Below, piece after piece: positions 46,468 to 55,904 of a stretch of DNA of 62,083 nt. The notes under the pieces were generated by a model. That model made no database searches. It saw only the letters and a program-made list of their open reading frames with translations, and was not told where the DNA came from. Positions within the stretch are counted from its first letter, which is position 1, and every line of letters begins with the position of its first letter. The position numbers and the translations under genes are program-made. Source of the stretch: Acidimicrobiia bacterium (GTDB lineage Bacteria > Actinomycetota > Acidimicrobiia > Spongiisociales > JAENVV01); NCBI GenBank assembly GCA_041577335.1, contig JBFGJH010000013.1, positions 1 through 62,083 on the forward strand. The letters run 5' to 3'.

Positions 46468-47147
46468 AGATGCGACCGGAAGAACTCCAGCGTCCGCTCC
46501 CAAGCGACAGCGGAAGCCTGGGGGTTGTACGCCTCAGGCCGGCTGTCATTGAAGAAGGCGTGGTCGGTGCCCTCGTAGTAATGGAATGAAACCTCTTTTC
46601 CCAGATCCTGAAGGTGCGCCTCGAGCCTCTTTGCTCCGTCGAGGGTTGCCCACCCGTCGTTGACGGCGTAGTGGCCCAGATAGGCTGCAACGGACTGTTC
46701 ATAGTCCGGCTGGACTTGGTCCCACGGTATGGCCCCATAGAACGGAACACATGCCCGCACCTCTGGCTTCAGGGTTGCCAGCCAGAGCACCATTCCGCCT
46801 CCCATGCAGAACCCAACCGCCCCTACGCCGTCACCGGTGGTCGCGTCGAGGCCGCTGAGATAATCGACGGCTCCGGCCATGTCTTTGGATGCCGTCTCGA
46901 GTGCCATGTTCATCATCATTTTGCCGGCATCGTCGGGTTCCGACGTCGTGGCCCCGTGGTACAGGTCGGGGGCAAGCGCTACGAACCCTGCCGCGGCCAG
47001 CCGGTCAGCGACATCCTTGATGTGGGGAACGAGCCCCCACCATTCCTGAATCACAACGACGCCTGGCCCTGCACCCAACTCGGGCAATGCCAAGTAGCCC
47101 TGTGCGGCTTTCCCGTTCGAGGCGAACTCGACCATCTGTCCCATCAT
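46464..47147 (-). CDS. Dienelactone hydrolase family protein
   Basis: QEWWGL, GFCMGG, HAFFND. Confidence 0.92.
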   Translation of the reverse strand: MMGQMVEFASNGKAAQGYLALPELGAGPGVVVIQEWWGLVPHIKDVADRLAAAGFVALAPDLYHGATTSEPDDAGKMMMNMALETASKDMAGAVDYLSGLDATTGDGVGAVGFCMGGGMVLWLATLKPEVRACVPFYGAIPWDQVQPDYEQSVAAYLGHYAVNDGWATLDGAKRLEAHLQDLGKEVSFHYYEGTDHAFFNDSRPEAYNPQASAVAWERTLEFFRSHL

Positions 47148-47277
47148 GTGCTCCCTTTTCGTCCTGACCAGCGCTCTTGGTGGGGTTCCAGGTCGACTGA
47201 CACCGCCCGCTGCCCCTCGCAGGATCAAGTCAAGCACGGCTTTATGGCCTTGCCATGCGCAGGAGGCAGAATCTCGG

Positions 47278-48537
47278 TCAAACGCCCTGGGAGGGCTTAG
47301 CCCGACCTCGACCAGCAACGAGATACAGGGGCGCGCCTACCGCCATGATCAGCGCCCCCGTCGCGATGGCAGCGTTGAGCGAAGTGCCATCGGCGAGCCT
47401 TCCCAGCAACACCGATCCGAGCATGAATCCGGTCTGGCCGGTCAGGCTGTTGGCGGAGACAATGGTGGCCCGGCTGTCGGCGCTCTTGATTCCTCTATGC
47501 AAGAGGCCCTGGTGTACGGGATCAGATGCGCCGTGGATACCCATGGTCAGAACGTACAAACCGACGATGGCCGCCGGCCCACCGGCCAAAGCTATGCCGG
47601 CCACGCTCGCTGCCTGCGCAAGGCGTAGCCAGGCGCCCACGGAACCGGCGCTGCGTCGACGGGTGAGGAGCGGCACGACCGCAGCTCCCCCACCGGCGAC
47701 GAGGAATGCCCCGGCATTGGTCGGCCCGAGCACCGCTGCCGCCCGGTCGAAATCTTCGAGCACGTCTCCGAGCTTGGCCGGCGTGAGTGCCTCCACGGCC
47801 GTGAGGCCGATGCCCCACAGGAGCTCGGCGACGACGAGGGCGATCAGCACCCTGCTCGCTCGGACCGTCCGGAGAGCGGTCGCAACCAGCGCCGGGACCT
47901 TTGCCACTGCTTGCCGGAGGCCAGTGTCTCTTTTGATTCGGCTCTCTTCTCTCATCAAGGCGACGACGGCGATGACGTCCACACTGCGCAGCGCCAGCGC
48001 GGCCAGGACGGGAATCACCAGCGCGTCAATACCGGCAAGCGGATCGGTGGCGACGAGAACGCTGGCAGCAACCGATCCAAGACTCAGCACCACGCCGGTG
48101 ACCGCCCCACTTGCCGAGAATGCCGCTTCGATATCGGCATCGGGGTCCAACGCTCGAGCCGTGTCGACGTACCACGAATCGAGGGGACCGCTCTCCAAGG
48201 AGCGGTAGACGCCCTGCAGTGCAAACACGACCGCCAGCAGCGGAGGCGTGTCGGCCACGACGAGCAGGGCGAGTGCGGCCAGATCGAACCCAGCCGCCAC
48301 GAGCAGCACCCGCCGGCGGCCCACCGCATCGGCAAGGCCGCCGGTCGGCAGTTCGAGAACCAACACCACCAGGCCCTGCGCGGCGAAGACCAGCCCAAGC
48401 TGGCCAATGGACAGACCCCGCTCCAACACCACCAAGACGATCACCGGAATCAAGAAGCCGGTCGGCAGCCAGCGCAGCCCCCGCATGATGAGAAAGCGGC
48501 GCCGCACGGAGTCGACAGTGAGTGGTGCTGGTGTCAT
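47278..48537 (-). CDS. MFS transporter
   Basis: ELPTGGLADAVGRR motif A; about 12 TM helices. Confidence 0.9.
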   Translation of the reverse strand: MTPAPLTVDSVRRRFLIMRGLRWLPTGFLIPVIVLVVLERGLSIGQLGLVFAAQGLVVLVLELPTGGLADAVGRRRVLLVAAGFDLAALALLVVADTPPLLAVVFALQGVYRSLESGPLDSWYVDTARALDPDADIEAAFSASGAVTGVVLSLGSVAASVLVATDPLAGIDALVIPVLAALALRSVDVIAVVALMREESRIKRDTGLRQAVAKVPALVATALRTVRASRVLIALVVAELLWGIGLTAVEALTPAKLGDVLEDFDRAAAVLGPTNAGAFLVAGGGAAVVPLLTRRRSAGSVGAWLRLAQAASVAGIALAGGPAAIVGLYVLTMGIHGASDPVHQGLLHRGIKSADSRATIVSANSLTGQTGFMLGSVLLGRLADGTSLNAAIATGALIMAVGAPLYLVAGRGRAKPSQGV

Positions 48538-48664
48538 GCCGGTCGTTCCAAGCGCTCGACCTTATCCAACCCGGCCCGGCCATGCCCTCCACGCGTTTCC
48601 TTTCAGGCCCCTCTCTCCCGGCCCCGCCCACCGGCTCGACCAGAACACCCCCTAGAGTCGGCGC

Positions 48665-49564
48665 ATGGAAGTGCTCAGGACATCCGACGAACGATTCGCC
48701 GACTTGGACGGCTATGCCTTCCGCCCGCACTACACGACCGTATCTCCCCATGGGACACCGATTCGCGTGCACCATGTCGACGAAGGCTCGGGGCCGGTGA
48801 TCTTGTTGATGCACGGCGAGCCCTCGTGGTCGTATCTGTATCGCACCATGATTCCCCCGTTGACCGAGGCCGGGTTCCGCTGTGTGGCCCCCGATCTCGT
48901 CGGGTTTGGAAAGTCGGACAAGCCCGCCCGGACCGAGGACCACTCCTATCAGCGTCATGTCGATTGGATGGCGGCGTGGCTCGAAGCCGTCGACCTCGAG
49001 CACGTGACCCTGTTCTGCCAGGACTGGGGAGGCCTCATCGGGCTCAGGCTCGCCACGGCATTCCCACACCGTTTTGCCCGGTTGGTGGTGGCCAACACGG
49101 GCCTGCCGACCGGCGACCAGCAGATGCCGGATGCTTTTCTACGCTGGCAGGCGTTCGCGGCGACCGTTCCCAAATTTCCGATTGCCGCGATGGTGGACCG
49201 GGCGACCGTCAACGAGCTGAGCCCGGCAATCCTGGCCGGCTACGACGCCCCGTTTCCCGACGAGACGTACAAGGCCGGGCCACGCATCATGCCGTCTCTG
49301 GTCCCAACGAGGCCCGACGACCCGTCGGCAGACGCTCAACGAGAGGCCTGGCAGGTCCGGATGGCTTGGGACAAACCGGTGCTCACGACCTTCTCCGATT
49401 CGGATCCGATCACCGCCGGGGGCGATCGCGTTTTCCACAAACTGGTGCCAGGGGCATCCGGGCAACCCCACACAACGATCGCGTCGGCCGGTCATTTCCT
49501 TCAGGAAGACCAAGGCCCGGCGGTTGCACAGGTCGTGGCGGACTTCCACCGGCTGACCAGTTGA
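48665..49564 (+). CDS. Haloalkane dehalogenase
   Basis: HGEPSWSYLYR, QDWGG nucleophile motif, SDPIT, GHFLQED. Confidence 0.92.
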   Translation: MEVLRTSDERFADLDGYAFRPHYTTVSPHGTPIRVHHVDEGSGPVILLMHGEPSWSYLYRTMIPPLTEAGFRCVAPDLVGFGKSDKPARTEDHSYQRHVDWMAAWLEAVDLEHVTLFCQDWGGLIGLRLATAFPHRFARLVVANTGLPTGDQQMPDAFLRWQAFAATVPKFPIAAMVDRATVNELSPAILAGYDAPFPDETYKAGPRIMPSLVPTRPDDPSADAQREAWQVRMAWDKPVLTTFSDSDPITAGGDRVFHKLVPGASGQPHTTIASAGHFLQEDQGPAVAQVVADFHRLTS

Positions 49565-49862
49565 TCGTCGCACTTGCCGGAGCCGCATCGTGAAGAGGTT
49601 CACGACGGCAACCGTGGGCCGGTGGTCTCCCCTCCCGTACCGTTCGGTCAGAATCATCCGTCGCTCGCCGAATACTGCTTCGAGCCATACCGACATGGCT
49701 TGGGCATTACGCACCCAGCTACCTCTCATCGAACGTTAAGCGTTCGTTCATCGGGGCGCCTTAAGTTGGCAACGTCGCATCGTCACGATTGCGCACATAG
49801 GCAAAGTAGCCTCCTCCGCCACTGGACGGCGGGCCGCCAAAGGCCCGCCGTCGCCTATTAAC

Positions 49863-50711
49863 GTGCCAAACATGGATGCGCCCCAAGTCACAGGAGAACC
49901 GGCGCTCCATCGCATATGGCGTTTCTACGTGCGAGACCTGGTTCGTGATGCCGACGCCGAGTCGGCGCACTACCGAGAGGAAGCAGGCCCCGGGAAAGCC
50001 AATGCCCAGATGGTTGTCGTCCTGGTGGTTAGTGCGCTGAGCCTCACTCTCATCAACTTCTACGCGAAACGATACGGGTGGGTTCCTGGCTTCACCAGCG
50101 TCTTTGGAGCCGATGCGGACCGGGTCGCGTCGACCGTCAATGGCAGCCAGCTCACCCGGCTGGCGATCTGGACGGGAGTCCAGGTAGTCGCTTACGTCGC
50201 TTTGCCTGCCGTCGCACTGACCATTGCCTTCCGGCGCCCGATCGCCGAGTTTGGGCTCAGAGTTCGTGGCATCGGCGCCCACTGGAAGATCTACGCCACC
50301 CTCTTCGCAGTATCTGTTCCGTTCGTGGTGCTGGCGTCATTCGACGTCGGATTCCAGTCGAAGTATCCGTTCTACAGCTTGGCGCCGGGCGAGAGCTTGT
50401 GGCCGGCCATGGCGGCGTGGTGGATGATGTACGCCATCCAGTTCGTCGCGTTGGAGTTCTTCTTTCGCGGCTTCATGGTGCACGGGCTCAAATGGCGCCT
50501 CGGCTATGCGGCCATCTTCGTGATGATCGTGCCCTACAACATGATCCATTATCAGAAGCCGCTACTCGAGGCGATCGGCGCGATCATCGGCGGCTACGTG
50601 CTCGGCACTCTCTCGCTCAAGACCCGCTCGATCTGGTGGGGAGCCGGCCTTCACATTGCGGTGGCAGCCACGATGGATGCCCTGGCGCTCTATCACAAGG
50701 GCATTCTGTGA
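49863..50711 (+). CDS. CPBP (Abi/CAAX) intramembrane protease family
   Basis: EFFFRG, MIHYQKP, SIWWG..LH. Confidence 0.85.
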   Translation: MPNMDAPQVTGEPALHRIWRFYVRDLVRDADAESAHYREEAGPGKANAQMVVVLVVSALSLTLINFYAKRYGWVPGFTSVFGADADRVASTVNGSQLTRLAIWTGVQVVAYVALPAVALTIAFRRPIAEFGLRVRGIGAHWKIYATLFAVSVPFVVLASFDVGFQSKYPFYSLAPGESLWPAMAAWWMMYAIQFVALEFFFRGFMVHGLKWRLGYAAIFVMIVPYNMIHYQKPLLEAIGAIIGGYVLGTLSLKTRSIWWGAGLHIAVAATMDALALYHKGIL

Positions 50712-51427
50712 AAGAGCGAACCAAGGTCGGGATCGGGATTGAAACCGTGGCCGTTGCTTTCGGTGGGGGCGCGCTTGGCTGGGCACTCGGATCCCTGATC
50801 GGCGCCGCCGGCCTCGTCGGGGCCCTGGCCACCGCCAACGGCGCTATCGCAGGCATGACCGGGATGTACGATTGGCGGCGCCCCAACGGCTGGGGAGCAT
50901 TCGTGGCAGATTCCACCTGGGCGCTGATTGGCACCGCCATTGCCCTCATCCTCCACATCGTCCAGTTGTTCTACCGCCGCGCTCGCTACCGATTCGATCT
51001 GTCGCACCGAGCCAACCTGCACATCTATGAGGGAGGCTTCTCGATGAAGCCTGCCTATGCGTTCTCAACCGGAAACGTGATCTCGAACGCCGGAGGCAAG
51101 GCTGGCTTGGACGGCGACCGAGGGGAGCGACGCTGGACGTTCATCCAGAACCACGAGTTCCTTCATGTGTTCCAGAACAGGGTCTTCGGTCCGGCCTTTC
51201 AGCTGGCCTATGTGGGGTGGATGCTCGGAGGGGCCTTGTGGGGGTTGGTCGCCTGGGCTCGGTACCGCCGCGGCCTCGGGCGGCTCATCGAAACGGCCGC
51301 CTACTTCAACAATCCATTCGAGTATTGGGCCTATCGGCGCGACGACTACTGGCCTCCCAAGGATGCCGACGATCGGATCGTGTGGGGTGCCCGCAGAATG
51401 GCCCGCTCTCCGAGGCGCAAGACGTGA
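50708..51427 (+). CDS. Membrane protein with HExxH zincin-like motif
   Basis: GTG overlapping the CPBP stop; HEFLHVFQ and NPFEYWAY. Confidence 0.7.
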   Translation: MKERTKVGIGIETVAVAFGGGALGWALGSLIGAAGLVGALATANGAIAGMTGMYDWRRPNGWGAFVADSTWALIGTAIALILHIVQLFYRRARYRFDLSHRANLHIYEGGFSMKPAYAFSTGNVISNAGGKAGLDGDRGERRWTFIQNHEFLHVFQNRVFGPAFQLAYVGWMLGGALWGLVAWARYRRGLGRLIETAAYFNNPFEYWAYRRDDYWPPKDADDRIVWGARRMARSPRRKT

Positions 51428-51448
51428 CCTGCCTCGGTCCCTCACGCC

Positions 51449-52012
51449 TCAGTAATCGATGCCCTTTTTGGCAGCGACACCGTCATCGAAGGCGTGTCGG
51501 ACGGAGCGCATCTCGGTGACCGTGTCAGCAATCTCCATGATCGCGTCCGGGCAATCTCTCCCGGTGATGATGACGTTGACCTTCTCGGGCCGAGCCTGAA
51601 GAGAGGCCACGACCTCGTCGGTGTCGATCCACTCCCAGGTCATGGCGTAGGTGATCTCGTCGAGAATCACGAGTCGATGCTCGCCCGCTTCGATCAATCC
51701 CTTGGCCTTGGCCCACGCCTCCTGAGCAATCGCTGCCGACTCGTCGAGATTCTCCGAATCCCACGTGAACCCGTCGCCGATGCTCCACCAGTCCACGTCG
51801 AGCCGGCGGGCAACTTGCTCTTCCCCGGAATGCCAATCCCCGGACTTGAGGAACTGGACGACCGCGACCTTCCAACCCATCGCCGCGGCGCGAATCATCA
51901 CGCCCATCGCCGCAGTCGTTTTCCCTTTGCCGTCGCCCGTATTCACGAGGATCAGCGATGGGACGGCTCGGAGTTTGGTTCGCTCGATGTCCGTTGGCGG
52001 GGCTTCATTCAT
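51449..52012 (-). CDS. cobO: Cob(I)alamin adenosyltransferase
   Basis: NTGDGKGKTTAA, QFLK, ILDE, ITGR, ADTVTEM, GIDY. Confidence 0.93.
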   Translation of the reverse strand: MNEAPPTDIERTKLRAVPSLILVNTGDGKGKTTAAMGVMIRAAAMGWKVAVVQFLKSGDWHSGEEQVARRLDVDWWSIGDGFTWDSENLDESAAIAQEAWAKAKGLIEAGEHRLVILDEITYAMTWEWIDTDEVVASLQARPEKVNVIITGRDCPDAIMEIADTVTEMRSVRHAFDDGVAAKKGIDY

Positions 52013-52803
52013 GTTGGGGTCTCCTCGGCTGCCTTCGGTGGGCTGATGCGGCGTGGAACAATGTGCTGGTGGCCATCTTCGTCGGCAACCACCGAAACGT
52101 CCGCGCCGTAATGGGTGGCAACGATCTCAGGAGTGATCACGTCTGCCGCTCGGCCATGGTGGATGAGTTTGCCCCCGCTCAGCAACACGACCTGTTCCGC
52201 GATGTGCCCAGCCAGCGTGAGATCATGGGTGGTGGCGAGCACGGTGAGGCCGCGCGCTCGTCGTAGCCCATCGATCAGGGCCATGACCTCTTGCTGGCGG
52301 CCGATGTCGAGGCCGGTGGTCGGCTCGTCGAGAATCAGGATCGTCACTTGTTGGGCAACTGCCCTGGCCAATGCGACTCGTTGCGCCTCCCCTCCGGAGA
52401 GCGTGGCCACGTCGCGCATCGCCAGACCGGAGAGATCCATGACCGTCATGGCCTCGCGGACGGCAAGTAGGTCGCGATCGGATTCTCGCGAGAAGTAGCC
52501 GAGATGGGGTGTCCTGCCCAACGACACGTAGTCGACAACGGTCATCCCGGGCGGTCGCTCGGGTCGCTGCGGCACATACGCCACCGCTCGTGCGCGGCTC
52601 CGCGCCGACCTGGTCCGCCCATCGATCAAGACGTCACCGCGGTGCGGAACGAGGCCGAGGATTGCCCGCAAGAGCGTCGTCTTGCCGGCTCCGTTGGGGC
52701 CGACGATGGCGGTCGTTGTCCCGGCGTGAACGGTCAGGCTCACATTCTCGAGGATCCGCGCATGCCCGGCATCTACGGAGACCGAGCGAATCTGGAGCGA
52801 CAT
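52009..52803 (-). CDS. Cobalamin ABC transporter ATPase (BtuD-like)
   Basis: GPNGAGKTT, LSGGEAQR, LDEPT, HDL. Confidence 0.9.
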   Translation of the reverse strand: MSLQIRSVSVDAGHARILENVSLTVHAGTTTAIVGPNGAGKTTLLRAILGLVPHRGDVLIDGRTRSARSRARAVAYVPQRPERPPGMTVVDYVSLGRTPHLGYFSRESDRDLLAVREAMTVMDLSGLAMRDVATLSGGEAQRVALARAVAQQVTILILDEPTTGLDIGRQQEVMALIDGLRRARGLTVLATTHDLTLAGHIAEQVVLLSGGKLIHHGRAADVITPEIVATHYGADVSVVADEDGHQHIVPRRISPPKAAEETPT

Positions 52804-53837
52804 CAGGTGGTCCTCCCCGCGGTGCGAAGCACGAACACGAAGAAGGGCGCACCGATGAAGGCGGTGATGACACCAATGGGAAGCTCAGCCGGCTGCTGGA
52901 CAGATCGGGCCATGACGTCGGCGAGTACGAGGAATGCTCCTCCCGCGAGGATGGAGAGGGGAATCAGGCGTCGGTAGCTCGTGCCGACCACCAATCGGAG
53001 GATATGGGGAACGATGATCCCCACGAACGCAATCAGCCCCGAAACCGCGACTGCCGACGCGGTCACGAGCGTTGCGGCAGCGATGACGATGGTCCTGACC
53101 TGGTTGACGTTCACGCCGAGTGAGGTCGCTTCCTCGTCGCCGAGGGCGAGCACGTCGAGAGTTCGGCGGTAAGCCACCAGGACCGCGATGCCGACCGCCA
53201 GATAGGGCAATGCCAGCCGCACCTCGTACCATCCGGTGGTCGTCAGACGGCCCAGTATCCATGCATACACCTCGCGAAGCGCGTCGGCGTTCAACTGCTG
53301 AAGGTACGTCTGGGTAGCTGTGAGAAAGGCAGCCACCGCAACTCCGGCCAGGAGCAACGCCCCGGTCGAGCGCCCCGTTCGGAGCGAATACCCCAAGAAG
53401 TAGGCGGCGCCGACCCCCGCCAGGGCGCCGACAAAGGCCAAGAGCGGGACCAGCGATCGGTTCAGGTCGAAGACGATCCCGATGGTCGCCCCCAGGCCTG
53501 CGCCGGCAGCAACTCCGAGCAGAAACGGGTCGGCCAGCGGGTTGCGGAACACGCCCTGATAGGCCGCCCCGGACGCGGCCAGACCGCCCCCCACGAGCAT
53601 CCCGAGGACCACTCTCGGGAGCCTGATCTCCCAGAGGATCGCGGTCTGCGACTGTGACAGCCCTGGCGATGCTTCGATCCCGAGCCAGCGCTCGCCAAAT
53701 GCTCCCAAGATGTCTGGAACCGAGAGCGAGGCCGGCCCGACCGCAATTCCGATGACGACCGCCATCAGTGCAACCGCCCCGATGCCGAGGAGCCACGTGA
53801 CGGGAAGCCGGGAGGGTCGGGCGCGCACCATCCTCAT
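52803..53837 (-). CDS. Cobalamin ABC transporter permease (BtuC/FecCD)
   Basis: IRLPR, FRNPLADP, FVGIIVPH, ELPIG. Confidence 0.92.
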   Translation of the reverse strand: MRMVRARPSRLPVTWLLGIGAVALMAVVIGIAVGPASLSVPDILGAFGERWLGIEASPGLSQSQTAILWEIRLPRVVLGMLVGGGLAASGAAYQGVFRNPLADPFLLGVAAGAGLGATIGIVFDLNRSLVPLLAFVGALAGVGAAYFLGYSLRTGRSTGALLLAGVAVAAFLTATQTYLQQLNADALREVYAWILGRLTTTGWYEVRLALPYLAVGIAVLVAYRRTLDVLALGDEEATSLGVNVNQVRTIVIAAATLVTASAVAVSGLIAFVGIIVPHILRLVVGTSYRRLIPLSILAGGAFLVLADVMARSVQQPAELPIGVITAFIGAPFFVFVLRTAGRTT

Positions 53838-54841
53838 CCCGCCGACTCAGCGACGGCCGCAGCAACCTGCTCGAGGTAGTCGACGATCCGAGGGCCCCAT
53901 CGGGACGCCACATCGTCGTCGAGCTCGATGACGTTGGCTTCCGTCACTGCGGCCAGCCCACTCCATCCGGGCCGGGCAGCCACGGTCGCCACGGTTACGT
54001 CACAGCACTTGGTGTCGGCCAAGAAGACAAAATCCGGATTGGCTTCGAGAATGAATTCCTCGCTGAGCTGGGGGAAACCAAAGAACTCGCCGTCGGGATC
54101 GGCGGCGTCGGCGATGTTGGCAAGGCCGAGAAGACCGTAGATCTCGCCGATGAACGTCGACGAGGTCGCGGTGAAGTAGGTGGGGTCGAGCTCGTGGTAA
54201 TACGTTGGAGGTTGCTCGAACTCCGGCATCGTATCGACGACGGCAGCGATCCTCTCTTGGAGATCCGAGTTGAGCTCGGCCGCTCCGCCGGTGTTGCCGG
54301 TCACCAGACCGAGTTGCTCGATCTGGGCGTACACGTCGTCCAGCGTGACCGCTGAGAACTGGAACAGCACTGGCACGCCTGCGGCAGCGAGGCCGGAAGC
54401 AAGCTCGCCAGGGTCAAAAGAGGCAACCACCAGATCCGGCTTGAACTCGAGGATGGCCTCGACATTCGGCGTGAACGCGGCAAGCTCCGTCACCGGTGCC
54501 TCCGGCGGGTAGTTGGACAACGAGTCGACGGCAACGACCTGGCTCCCGGCGCCGATCGCAAAGAGCATCTCGGTAGCCGCAGGTGACAGGGAGAGGATCG
54601 ACTCGGGCCTCTCGTCGATGGTGAGATCACCGACCGGGGTGACCACGGTCACTGGATAGATCCCGCCGTCGGTGTCGTTTGATGGGGCGTCCGAGGCCAT
54701 TGAGGTGGGGGCCGCGAGCGGCTCGGTGCTCGGCGATGTCGTCGCGGCCAGGTCATCGGGAACCTGATCAGGGGAGGACGACCCGGCACCACACGCGGCG
54801 ACGATCACCAACATTGCCAGGAGTGACACGAAGCGCTTCAC
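53834..54841 (-). CDS. Cobalamin ABC transporter substrate-binding lipoprotein (BtuF-like)
   Basis: Lipobox VAAC, SLSPAATEMLFAIG, PDLV, SRWGPR; GGAGG RBS. Confidence 0.9.
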   Translation of the reverse strand: MKRFVSLLAMLVIVAACGAGSSSPDQVPDDLAATTSPSTEPLAAPTSMASDAPSNDTDGGIYPVTVVTPVGDLTIDERPESILSLSPAATEMLFAIGAGSQVVAVDSLSNYPPEAPVTELAAFTPNVEAILEFKPDLVVASFDPGELASGLAAAGVPVLFQFSAVTLDDVYAQIEQLGLVTGNTGGAAELNSDLQERIAAVVDTMPEFEQPPTYYHELDPTYFTATSSTFIGEIYGLLGLANIADAADPDGEFFGFPQLSEEFILEANPDFVFLADTKCCDVTVATVAARPGWSGLAAVTEANVIELDDDVASRWGPRIVDYLEQVAAAVAESAG

Positions 54842-54899
54842 GGTTTGCCTCCTCTCAGGGAGGAGTCCGGCCCGTGAGCAAGCCCCTCCTCCGGAGGCG

Positions 54900-54995
54900 A
54901 TCCCACCGTCACGACCAGGCGACCTGGCTGAGCCTTTCGGCATCACAGTTGCGGGACAGCGCCGGATTCGCACCGGACTTCGCTGAGCCGTGACG
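54900..54995 (-). promoter_or_regulatory. Cobalamin riboswitch
   Basis: GAAGTCCGGTGCGAATCCGGCGCTGTCCCGCAACTGTGA...AGCCAG core upstream of the btuF-like gene. Confidence 0.9.
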
Positions 54996-55097
54996 CTCGC
55001 ACGTGTGTGCGAGAGCAACAGCCAATGTAGCAGGGCCAGGGGCGGCGCCAGGCGCCGCCGCCCCAGTAGGTAGGCTCCGGTCCCGGAGGAGTGCTGC

Positions 55098-55904
55098 GTG
55101 CCTGAAACCAACCGCATTTTTGAGCGCTTGTTTGACTACGCCGGCGTATTCCCGCCGGCGAGCCACGACCCCGACGAAGCGCTCCGTCGCTATCGCTCCG
55201 CCAAGGCGGAGACCGATGGCTGGTTACTCGGTCCCTTCTTGCTCCGTGCCTCACAATCGCAAATGCTCGACCTGGACGGTGTCGAATTCGGCCTCGTCCT
55301 CGACATGGACCCCGCCGAGGTGGCGCCGATGAGCGGCGCTCCCACCCAGGTGGAGGTCGCCGTCGCAGCTCCGTCGTTCACGGCGCTGCTGCCGGTTCTC
55401 GAGCTGGCACCAGTCGTCTACGTCGAAGCAACCGCCGGCGCGGGGTTCGACGAGTTGGGGACTCTTGCCGAGGCGAGGAGAGGCGGACACGATGTCCGCG
55501 CCAAGATCCGCACCGGAGGAGCGTCCGCGGATACCTTTCCGACTCCCCGACAGACCGCCGCATTCATCGAGATGTGCGTCCGGCTGGACATTCCGTTCAA
55601 AGCCACCGCCGGTCTGCATCATCCGTTCCGACACCCCTCGACCGTAGAGGATGCGACCGAGCACGGATTCATCAACCTGCTCAGCGCCACGCGGGCAGCC
55701 GTGGCGGGAGTCGACAAGCTCGAGCCGATCCTCTCCGAGACAGACCCGACCGCCTTTGACGTTCGCCGGGCGATATGGAACGAGGTCGGGGCCAGCGTTG
55801 AAGACGACGAGGTGCGCGGGCTCGTGTGCAGCATCGGTTCTTGTAGCTTTCGAGAGCCGGCCGGCTACCTGCGGTCGCTCGGAGCATTGGAGCCCAATGC
55901 GTGA
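55098..55904 (+). CDS. Conserved hypothetical protein coupled to fahA
   Basis: DYAGVFPPA, KIRTGG, PFKATAGLHHP, HGFINL, GSCSF.EP motifs. Confidence 0.75.
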   Translation: MPETNRIFERLFDYAGVFPPASHDPDEALRRYRSAKAETDGWLLGPFLLRASQSQMLDLDGVEFGLVLDMDPAEVAPMSGAPTQVEVAVAAPSFTALLPVLELAPVVYVEATAGAGFDELGTLAEARRGGHDVRAKIRTGGASADTFPTPRQTAAFIEMCVRLDIPFKATAGLHHPFRHPSTVEDATEHGFINLLSATRAAVAGVDKLEPILSETDPTAFDVRRAIWNEVGASVEDDEVRGLVCSIGSCSFREPAGYLRSLGALEPNA

